From a virus (taxonomy: Duplodnaviria > Heunggongvirae > Uroviricota > Caudoviricetes): a stretch of DNA of 64,000 nt. Under the pieces are notes generated by a model that was given only the letters and a program-made list of their open reading frames with translations, was not told the DNA's origin and made no database searches. Position numbers and translations under genes: made by a program. Shown in pieces: positions 55,794 to 63,225 of this stretch. The stretch is taken from the IMG/VR virus record IMGVR_UViG_3300009941_000125, positions 31,540-95,539 of that record. The stretch is one strand, 5' to 3'. Positions within the stretch are counted from its first letter, which is position 1; each line of letters begins with the position of its first letter.

Positions 55794-56057
55794 TTACGCC
55801 TCCACTAACTCAAAATCTTCGCTTGCATCAGATTCTCCAGTTGTACAAGAAAAACATAACCCGGCTCCTCCATATTTCCATACCTTTTCATCACAATTCA
55901 TACACTTACGATTATCTTTCTGCGCTTTCTTTAGTTCTTTTAAACTAGTTTTATCCCCCATTGCTATTAACTCTTCTGGAGTTACATATTTTCCGTAATT
56001 ATTCATTATTTTAGTCCCAAGTCCTATGTGCCTCAGCAATATGCTCATAACCATCAT
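55794..56057 (-). CDS. Hypothetical Cys-containing protein.
   Basis: 87-aa ORF. Confidence 0.4.
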   Translation of the reverse strand: MMVMSILLRHIGLGTKIMNNYGKYVTPEELIAMGDKTSLKELKKAQKDNRKCMNCDEKVWKYGGAGLCFSCTTGESDASEDFELVEA

Positions 56058-56475
56058 ATTCTTCTATTTGATATTCTATATTATCTGGAATCTCCACTAT
56101 CTTTAATTCAGCACAGCCTCCGTTTGCTTTTTTCTTTAATTTTTTAACAACCTTTATAAGAATAGGGTCATCCCTATCAATGTCTCTTTCATGAAAATAC
56201 CATTCATTTAACTCTTTATAATTACGTCCTTCTTTTTTTATCTTTTTCTCTAAATTGTAATATTTTTTAGGGGGAACTGTAAAATAATGAACACCTAGCC
56301 CCATAATACTTTTTTTAAGAAGTTCTTTTACTGTCCTAACTTTATATATTTTTTTTGAAAATTCATCTAAACCTACATACAACTTTATCCCTTTCAGCTT
56401 AGCATATAACATAATAGCTTCATGGCTTAACCCAAACCCTCCATAGCATGCATTTATTACTACTTCTTTACTCAT
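56011..56475 (-). CDS. hypothetical protein
   Basis: 154-aa ORF. Confidence 0.45.
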   Translation of the reverse strand: MSKEVVINACYGGFGLSHEAIMLYAKLKGIKLYVGLDEFSKKIYKVRTVKELLKKSIMGLGVHYFTVPPKKYYNLEKKIKKEGRNYKELNEWYFHERDIDRDDPILIKVVKKLKKKANGGCAELKIVEIPDNIEYQIEEYDGYEHIAEAHRTWD

Positions 56476-56654
56476 AACTCCTCCTTATTCTCTGCTACTG
56501 GCATTGTACCTTTAAATATTTTTGACCTTACTTTTGTAATTCTTACTACTTCTGCTTCAACGTCTTTCATTTGATTAATATCAAGTTTATAAAATAATTT
56601 TATAATCTTATCTTTCGCCGCTTTGAACTGTGTGTCTTTTACCATTTTTCCTCC

Positions 56655-56882
56655 TTAATTCCATGCTTCTACAAATCCTTTTCTAAAAACTATTTCTATA
56701 AAACGCTTTGTATCTAAATTTTCTTCGTATCTTGTTATTGTATCTTCTAAAATTAGAAGAGCTCTAATCACTTTTTTAGGACTCTTACAATTTTTATAAA
56801 CCATCGGCCAGCAATGTTTACAGTTTCCGCTACAGGTATCCCATTTTTTCAACGATTCGTGCTTTTTTATTTTTACAGTCAT
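56655..56882 (-). CDS. Hypothetical Cys-rich protein.
   Basis: 75 aa with RBS GGGGAGGTCGA. Confidence 0.4.
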   Translation of the reverse strand: MTVKIKKHESLKKWDTCSGNCKHCWPMVYKNCKSPKKVIRALLILEDTITRYEENLDTKRFIEIVFRKGFVEAWN

Positions 56883-57220
56883 TGAAATCGACCTCCCCTA
56901 AAATATTTTAATTATAAAACAAATTCCTCCTTTTTATTGGTAAATTGGCCTCTGGGGCACTTTAATTCATAAATATATAGAATCATATACTTTGACGCAG
57001 AGAGCTCACCAGGGGTGACCTGGGAATCACTGAGAGGTACTCTATAATCACCTTGCATCAGCTTTTGTCTCCTTCTTAATATCTTTAACCTTTAAATCAA
57101 AATCAGCAAACAAATATAAAAATTGCTCATATGCGTCTTTCTCGTCAAAAGCATTAATTTTTACATCTCCTAAATCTGTTTCAAAAACATATTCATTTGT
57201 ATCAATAGTTTTATGCATAT

Positions 57221-57661
57221 TTAAAAATCCATTACTTCGACAAAACTTCTAGTATTATCTTCCTTAAGTTCCTTATTATTAGCATTAACCAATAATCTTT
57301 CCTCATATTTAACATCACATGCTTTATAAAGCTTCTTTCTATCAATTATACCCTCATCTATCTTTTCTCCCATCTTTTTTTCATCTACTGTTGTTTTAAC
57401 CTTTGTAACCTCTTCGTATAAATCATTACCAAGCACTTTCTGTAACGTAGCAAAATCCCATGTAAATTTAGGAACTGCAGACCTAATAACATTATAATCT
57501 CCAACTTCTAATCTAGCACTTCTTGTTTTATCTGGAAAAGTCTTAGTAATTTCTTTTAATAAAACACCCCTTAATGAATTTTTTTTCTCTTTTGTTCTTT
57601 TTTCTTCTTCTCTCAATTCATTCCATTCTTTAACCAATTCTTTCATTTTTGCTGTTGCCAT
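57221..57661 (-). CDS. Hypothetical coiled-coil protein.
   Basis: 146 aa, immediately downstream of the GHKL ATPase gene. Confidence 0.45.
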   Translation of the reverse strand: MATAKMKELVKEWNELREEEKRTKEKKNSLRGVLLKEITKTFPDKTRSARLEVGDYNVIRSAVPKFTWDFATLQKVLGNDLYEEVTKVKTTVDEKKMGEKIDEGIIDRKKLYKACDVKYEERLLVNANNKELKEDNTRSFVEVMDF

Positions 57662-57690
57662 TTTGTTTCCTCCTTTTTTATTTTAAACGT

Positions 57691-58992
57691 TTATAAATAT
57701 TGACCACATTTTTCTTCAATCGTCGTTACAATTATTTCTATAAGATTATTTTGCATGCTTCTAGTCCTATCTCCAGCCTCGCTTTTAGCATGAACATATT
57801 CTTCAACAAGAACCTTTATCACCTCCTTCTTACCTTTAAGAAATAAATCTGGAGAAAGAAAAATAGCCCCATCTTGAACTTCTCCTAAAACATGTTTATC
57901 AAGAATAGCTACTTTAATTGGAAAATCATTTTCTATATTAACAAAATAATAAGATTGTTTCAAAAAATTAGTTGCTTCTTCCAATAAGTCTTTTGCTCTT
58001 TGAGTTATTGGGACCTCTACTATTTTTGTATTATGTTCTAACATTCCTTTAATTAATAATTTATCACCAAAAGCCTTATGCAACTCAAGGCACAATTTAT
58101 GAGGTAGAATTATATGATAATTAGATAAATCATCAGCAAAATATCCTCCATACTCCTGCGGGACTATAACTTTGTTTTCTAAGCACTCAAGCCATGTACT
58201 ACTCATTGGAGTGTGACTAGAAAAACCCCAATCCATTTTAAATTCTAAACTTTCAGGATTGTTAATTAAACTCGCAATCATCTCTCTAGTAGCATGATTT
58301 TTCCAAAAATCAACCATTTCCCATTTTATATTAAAATCCGATGCCTCTCTTGCTTCATTTATCTCTAAATTATAAAAATCATAATCATATAAAGAGCTTC
58401 CAAGATCAAAAACCCGAACACCTCTTCTATAAACCACCATTTCTTTATCTATTCTAGAATAAAGTTTATTTTTTCCAACAAAATATAATGGATTTCTTTT
58501 AGTTGAAAAATATTTATCTTGATTAGAAAAAATATCTCTTATGCTATCTCTTAACCCAATATAAACCTTTGTTTTGTTTTTCATTCCAGTAAGGGTTCTA
58601 GCTATATCTAATGATTCGCCGCCCTCGTCTATAGCATTACAATAAAATTCTCTAAATATAAACCAAGGCTTCCAATCTCTACCCATTTGAGTAGTAATAC
58701 TTGTAGGTGCGCCATTAACACAAATAACACTAAAATTATGCCCTCTCATTTTTGTTTTTCTAAGAGAAATTTTTATTTCTTTCTCTCCTTGAAATATCTT
58801 TATAGGAATATTCATACGAAGTGCTGTAGCCAACGCATATTTAATACCACTACCAAAATACCCTATCTTTGACCCATCTTTTGTAGTAGCACCCATTAAT
58901 CTAAGAGCATTTGTATCAATTTCTCCATTATTTTGAATTTCACAATAAATCATATTATCATTTTTTACTTTTTCTTTTTCAATAGTTTTCAT
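57691..58992 (-). CDS. GHKL-family (HSP90/MORC/MutL-type) ATPase-domain protein.
   Basis: 433 aa. The N-box-like EIQNNGEIDTNALR (compare HSP90 ELISNASDALDK) is followed by the G2-box-like SKIGYFGSGIKYALA (compare GQFGVGFYSAYLVA). Confidence 0.5.
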   Translation of the reverse strand: MKTIEKEKVKNDNMIYCEIQNNGEIDTNALRLMGATTKDGSKIGYFGSGIKYALATALRMNIPIKIFQGEKEIKISLRKTKMRGHNFSVICVNGAPTSITTQMGRDWKPWFIFREFYCNAIDEGGESLDIARTLTGMKNKTKVYIGLRDSIRDIFSNQDKYFSTKRNPLYFVGKNKLYSRIDKEMVVYRRGVRVFDLGSSLYDYDFYNLEINEAREASDFNIKWEMVDFWKNHATREMIASLINNPESLEFKMDWGFSSHTPMSSTWLECLENKVIVPQEYGGYFADDLSNYHIILPHKLCLELHKAFGDKLLIKGMLEHNTKIVEVPITQRAKDLLEEATNFLKQSYYFVNIENDFPIKVAILDKHVLGEVQDGAIFLSPDLFLKGKKEVIKVLVEEYVHAKSEAGDRTRSMQNNLIEIIVTTIEEKCGQYL

Positions 58993-59063
58993 ATTTTTTC
59001 CTTTAATTAGCTGGTGAGGGGAAAGATAGAATTAATCCCCTCCACCAGTCTAATATCTAACCA

Positions 59064-59555
59064 TTAACGATCTCTTAATACCAATGGTGTTCCTTGCTTC
59101 AATAAAGATGCTAAAATTGGAACAATCTTATCGCCTGAAAGTTCAACAATAGCAGGATTTAACTCTTGCCTTGTTGCATTGATTGTTGCAGAAGATAGCT
59201 TTCTTTTTTCATACCGATGTCTCCATATAAAAGATTCAACTGCTTTAGCAGATCTTTTTAATCTCCTGCCAATCCAGCCAACACTTTTTTTACTCATTAA
59301 AGAATTTTCAATAAAAACAATTTCTTGTGGAGTATAAAGTTGACGGGTTCTCTTTTTTCTACGACCGGCATGTTTATGCGGAATATCTCTTAAATATAAT
59401 GGCTGATCCATTCGCTTTAAACCCATTTTATGTCTTCTAATAGCTACTGAATTTTTACTTGCCCCAAGTTCAGCACCTATTTTTCTGTCTGACATTCCAA
59501 GATTATATAATTCCTTAAGACGTGCTTCAGCCTCTAGTGTCCATCTCATATTCAT
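59064..59555 (-). CDS. GcrA-like DNA-binding regulator.
   Basis: 163 aa. N-terminal WTLEAEARLKELYNLGMSDRKIGAELGASKNSVAIRRHKMGL matches the GcrA N-terminal domain pattern (WT.E....L..L...G.S...IA.ELG...NAVIGK.HRLGL). Confidence 0.55.
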   Translation of the reverse strand: MNMRWTLEAEARLKELYNLGMSDRKIGAELGASKNSVAIRRHKMGLKRMDQPLYLRDIPHKHAGRRKKRTRQLYTPQEIVFIENSLMSKKSVGWIGRRLKRSAKAVESFIWRHRYEKRKLSSATINATRQELNPAIVELSGDKIVPILASLLKQGTPLVLRDR

Positions 59556-59576
59556 TTCATTTCACCTCCTATTTTT

Positions 59577-60047
59577 TTATAATTCAACTTGATTAGGTTT
59601 AACAAAATATGCTATTATAATATCTCGTTTTCCAAATTTAATAGCATCTTTGTAACTGCGCATCCAAATATCGACTCGTTTAGTGTATCTTCTGTTCATT
59701 CTATCTCTTACAATATATGGTTTACTTCCATGCCCCTTTATCCATACTTTAGTTCCAAATGGTAAAAAATTACAAGCAATTACTCCCTCTTTACATTTAT
59801 ATCCACTAGCTGTTATCCATGGGGTGCTATCTGTTTGATTTTCTAATGAGTTATATGCAGTCGCTACAACTGATTCAACCACCTTAACCGGATTTTCTCT
59901 AAGAGGCATCTGAGGTTGAGCTTTTGTATCTTTAACAGATGAAAATAGCATAAACATTAAGATAAGTGATCCAACCACAAAAAATGATCTAGAAACTAAT
60001 TTTCGTCTATAATAACGTAATTTAAGCTTGTTTTTTAGACTTATCAT
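59577..60047 (-). CDS. Secreted 3D-domain (MltA/YuiC-like) peptidoglycan-active protein.
   Basis: 156 aa with an N-terminal signal/TM segment and a C-terminal TAYNS...TASGYKC..GVIAC...PFGTKVWIKG...YIVRDR...VDIWM, which carries the conserved 3D-domain Asp pattern. Confidence 0.6.
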   Translation of the reverse strand: MISLKNKLKLRYYRRKLVSRSFFVVGSLILMFMLFSSVKDTKAQPQMPLRENPVKVVESVVATAYNSLENQTDSTPWITASGYKCKEGVIACNFLPFGTKVWIKGHGSKPYIVRDRMNRRYTKRVDIWMRSYKDAIKFGKRDIIIAYFVKPNQVEL

Positions 60048-60286
60048 AATAATGACTCCTTTTTGACTTCTTTTTTATAAAAAACTTTGTTACACTTTGT
60101 GCACTTAACGTTAATAGTATAAGAAGTATACCCACGAAAATTACAGGTCTCGCATCCTTCTGCACTATAAAGATCTTCTAATTCAACATCTAATTTTTCA
60201 TTACAAAAAGGACAAAACAAATTAGAGTCTGTTTTTTCAATCATATCAACACCATTTTCATAATATTTTTTAGTTTTTTTTGTCAT
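60044..60286 (-). CDS. Zinc-ribbon protein.
   Basis: 80 aa with CPFC...CETC...CTKC. Confidence 0.4.
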   Translation of the reverse strand: MTKKTKKYYENGVDMIEKTDSNLFCPFCNEKLDVELEDLYSAEGCETCNFRGYTSYTINVKCTKCNKVFYKKEVKKESLL

Positions 60287-60376
60287 TTTATCTTTCTCCT
60301 TTTACTTCTTTTACAAATATAAAAGTACTTGATAATAATAACCATAGCCTAGAATAATGTTTTAATGTCAATTTAG

Positions 60377-60643
60377 TCATATTTTTATTACTCCTAATTT
60401 TTCTTTAAGATATTTTATCCGGTGTAAATAATGATCTATTTCATTTTGATTATCAAACACTTGTGTTTCATTTTTAGCGATTCCTTTTTTAGCTCTATTG
60501 AGCCCATCAATGCTTCTTTTTAAATCTAATGTCAATATATCTCTATCTATTTTTACTTCTTTATTAACCATTACGCATTGCCTCTTTGTAATAATATCCA
60601 TAAACACATCTCGTTCCGTCTCGTGAACAATCAAAGGTATCAT
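60377..60643 (-). CDS. hypothetical protein
   Basis: 88-aa ORF. Confidence 0.35.
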   Translation of the reverse strand: MIPLIVHETERDVFMDIITKRQCVMVNKEVKIDRDILTLDLKRSIDGLNRAKKGIAKNETQVFDNQNEIDHYLHRIKYLKEKLGVIKI

Positions 60644-61001
60644 TAATCATTCCATCAATAACAGCAACCAAATGCTTTGATACTCTAGCGATTATATTTC
60701 CAGCAGGTAGTTCTTCTTTTTTCAAATGTATCGTACAACCGCTTCCAATTGTCACACATGCTTTCCAACTCCAACCTAAATTTTTAAGATATGTATCATA
60801 TATCTTTCTAGAAACCCCGGTTCTTGAATGAGATCCTCTTATTCGTTTTGTCTGCCTACAACTTTTTATAAGAATGTTCAAATCATCATATACTTTTTGA
60901 TAAGGCAATTCACAAGCAATAGCAATAGACCTGCAAACGCAATCTCCTGTATCCCCTTGCCACCCTGCTTCTCTTCTGCCCCCGTCATTATAATTAAACA
61001 T
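60564..61001 (-). CDS. Hypothetical Cys-containing protein.
   Basis: 145-aa ORF with RBS AAGGAGGGAAAATAA. Confidence 0.45.
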   Translation of the reverse strand: MFNYNDGGRREAGWQGDTGDCVCRSIAIACELPYQKVYDDLNILIKSCRQTKRIRGSHSRTGVSRKIYDTYLKNLGWSWKACVTIGSGCTIHLKKEELPAGNIIARVSKHLVAVIDGMINDTFDCSRDGTRCVYGYYYKEAMRNG

Positions 61002-61015
61002 TTATTTTCCCTCCT

Positions 61016-61089
61016 TAAAAAGAAAAAGGCCCGCACACGGGGTCGATTCGTGTAACGGGCCAGATAAAAAACAAGGATGTATCCTTGGT
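61016..61089 (-). terminator. Tandem intrinsic terminators.
   Basis: On the minus strand: CCAAGGATacATCCTTGG plus TTTTTT, then GGCCCG-TTACACG...CGTGTG-CGGGCC plus TTTTTCTTTTT, immediately upstream of the RBS of 60564..61001. Confidence 0.55.
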
Positions 61090-61205
61090 AAGATATACCC
61101 TAGCCTGTCTATTTTGTCTCTATTTAATTTTTTGGTTCGACCCTTCATTAATCTCGACCTCTCTTATGTTAACATTATAACACGATACTCTGCAGATGTA
61201 CACTG

Positions 61206-61412
61206 TTATTTTACCTCTATGACCTTTCTGCTTCCATCTAGATCTTCTAAGACGATAGAATTGATATTTAGCTTATGAGTTTTAATCATATCTAAAATTT
61301 CACTAATAGTTCCTACTGGTGAACCTGGAATCCCTGATTGCTTGTACTCCTTCATTTCATCAGGGGTATCCTTTTTGCCGTAACTGACTCTTTTAAATTC
61401 TAATTGTCTCAT
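61206..61412 (-). CDS. hypothetical protein
   Basis: 68-aa ORF with RBS AGGAGGTCAAA. Confidence 0.4.
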   Translation of the reverse strand: MRQLEFKRVSYGKKDTPDEMKEYKQSGIPGSPVGTISEILDMIKTHKLNINSIVLEDLDGSRKVIEVK

Positions 61413-61510
61413 TTTGACCTCCTATTTATTTTTTGCCAACAACTCATACAAATACCGTTAATACTGAATTCCGTAGTCTCTATTTTATTTTTACATTTTT
61501 TACACTTCAT
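61413..61510 (-). CDS. Small zinc-ribbon ORF.
   Basis: About 33 aa (MKCKKCKNK...CMSCWQ) with RBS GGAGGTCGAA; below the track cutoff. Confidence 0.3.
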
Positions 61511-61935
61511 TTCGACCTCCATTCCATAAAATAACCTTGGACGTCTTTCCACTTACCGAAAGCTAAGGGTTCTTTGAAGTCGTTTTCTTTTCCATGGACC
61601 TCTGCTTTTCCTGAATGTCCTGATTTAGGTGTTATCGTAAACAACACATCCCCTGTCTTAATATCACAAATTCTAAAATCATCGTATAGTGGACCTTTAC
61701 AGGGACAGTTGTTTTTAAAGAATACATAATTATTATCTAAATCAATTCTAGAGCTTCTAGCAATTGATTTCAATTTAGCCGTTAGTTTTTTAGTTTTATT
61801 AACTAATGAACTATCTTTACAAAACCAATCATACCATCCGGCCTCACATTGAACTTTAACATTAGCACTATCAAATTTTCCTTCATCAAAAGCGTTTAAA
61901 TATTCTCTAACTGACCTTTCTTTATTTTTCATCAT
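61507..61935 (-). CDS. hypothetical protein
   Basis: 142-aa ORF. Confidence 0.45.
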   Translation of the reverse strand: MMKNKERSVREYLNAFDEGKFDSANVKVQCEAGWYDWFCKDSSLVNKTKKLTAKLKSIARSSRIDLDNNYVFFKNNCPCKGPLYDDFRICDIKTGDVLFTITPKSGHSGKAEVHGKENDFKEPLAFGKWKDVQGYFMEWRSK

Positions 61936-62094
61936 TTATGCCCCCTCTTCTTGCACATCAAACTCATCTATTCTATATTCATCTAAATCTGATTTTTTAG
62001 CTATTGCTTCTGCCATCTCCCTAGTATTTCCAACCCCAGCACAACCAACTGACTTTAAAACATTCATTCGCCCTACTACTACATATACTTTCAT
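61936..62094 (-). CDS. Small hypothetical protein; the track's 98-aa ORF trimmed to the RBS-supported start.
   Basis: AAAGGAGGTCGAAGTAAA precedes ATG at 62094 (MKVYVVVGR...). The upstream part of the 98-aa ORF covers a terminator/promoter region. Confidence 0.4.
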   Translation of the reverse strand: MKVYVVVGRMNVLKSVGCAGVGNTREMAEAIAKKSDLDEYRIDEFDVQEEGA

Positions 62095-62217
62095 TTTACT
62101 TCGACCTCCTTTATTAATCATGATGTCATTATAACATAGTACAACTGAAATGTACACATCTGGGCCGAAATAGACGCGATTGGGCCGAACGCGTAATATT
62201 AGATGCCCGGAGACAAA

Positions 62218-62250
62218 AAAAAAGACACCCACTACAGGTGTCTTAAGGCT
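62218..62250 (-). terminator. Rho-independent terminator.
   Basis: On the minus strand: AAGACACC-tgtagtg-GGTGTCTT followed by T9. Confidence 0.6.
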
Positions 62251-62254
62251 TATT

Positions 62255-62400
62255 AATACATATATACTGCTAATAAGCAGTAGCTAATAAGCAGCTATTA
62301 ATATACATATATATATATTATAGCTATAGTTATTTAATTCTTATTTAAATTAATAATATATAAGATAAATTATTATCTATCTATATTATCTATACTTCTC
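62255..62400. repeat. AT-rich repeat region with a GCTAATAAGCAG direct repeat (two copies), (AT)n and CTATCTATATTATCTATA motifs.
   Basis: Seen directly between the terminator and the 3' end of 62373..62864. Confidence 0.5.
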
Positions 62401-62864
62401 ATTATATATTTAATATTAGCTATATAAGGTTTAAAAGGAGGAACTCCTTTATAAATATAAGCTAAATCTTCTATTCTTTTTGTTTTTCTATACTTTTTAT
62501 AATATTTACTTATTGCAATCAATTCATTTGTCTTATAAATATTTTGATAAATTGATTTAAAGCTAGTTATTTTATCTCTATAAATTCCATAACCAGTTAA
62601 ATTTTTTGACCATTTTGGGTATCTTCTACCAAAAGTACTTTCTACTCCTGAAATTGCTACATAAAGTCTATAATCAAGATTAAACTTATCAGCACAATAA
62701 ACCATTTCTTGTTCATGTCCAATAAGAGGACTATCAGAATATTTTTGAGTTAAAAATTTCTTAATTTTTATTGGACGAATATCTGAATTTAAACTTAATC
62801 CTTTACAAGAAATAAAAAGCAATATAATAATTAAACAAAAAAGGATATATTTACTTATCTTCAT
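62373..62864 (-). CDS. Secreted lipoprotein; possible lytic-transglycosylase-like domain.
   Basis: 163 aa with a signal peptide and lipobox (LFISC). AISGVESTFGRR...GYGI weakly resembles the SLT catalytic E-S region. Confidence 0.4.
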   Translation of the reverse strand: MKISKYILFCLIIILLFISCKGLSLNSDIRPIKIKKFLTQKYSDSPLIGHEQEMVYCADKFNLDYRLYVAISGVESTFGRRYPKWSKNLTGYGIYRDKITSFKSIYQNIYKTNELIAISKYYKKYRKTKRIEDLAYIYKGVPPFKPYIANIKYIMRSIDNIDR

Positions 62865-63198
62865 TTTGTTGTTTTACTTCAATTTCTTCTTCTTTTGCAT
62901 CATCTAATATTTCAATGACTTGTCCAAGAATAATAGGAGTAAATTGTTGATCTTCCGTTACGACATCTTTAATTTTTTTAAAATCTGCTTTATCTAAAGA
63001 AACAGAATCTTTTTTATAAAAACTTCTGGCTAATTCTAAAACTTTTAATGAATCTCCACCAAAAATTTTTCCTTTATACCCTTGAAGCATAAAAGCTATG
63101 ACTCTTCCTACGGTTGCTTTATTTTCCGAGTTCCCGTCAAAACTAATCGGTCTATCATCTAAATCAAGTAACACTTTTTTTGTATCAATTTTTTTCAT
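62851..63198 (-). CDS. hypothetical protein
   Basis: 115-aa ORF. Confidence 0.45.
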   Translation of the reverse strand: MKKIDTKKVLLDLDDRPISFDGNSENKATVGRVIAFMLQGYKGKIFGGDSLKVLELARSFYKKDSVSLDKADFKKIKDVVTEDQQFTPIILGQVIEILDDAKEEEIEVKQQNEDK

Positions 63199-63225
63199 CT
63201 TTTCTCTCCTTTTCTTTTAAGCTTT

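Noticed and set aside
61120-61150. tRNA-like GGTTCGACCC motif.
   Set aside because: Only a partial T-loop resemblance; no acceptor or T-stem pairing.
61016-61160. 48-codon ORF (MKGRTKKLNRDK...) downstream of the 61174 promoter.
   Set aside because: It runs through two intrinsic terminator hairpins and their U-tracts, so it is more likely a structured leader than a protein. I mention it only as a possible attenuator peptide.
62095-62232. N-terminal 46 codons of the 98-aa ORF 61936..62232.
   Set aside because: They cover a terminator and the GGGCCGAA repeats. A strong RBS precedes the internal ATG at 62094 instead.
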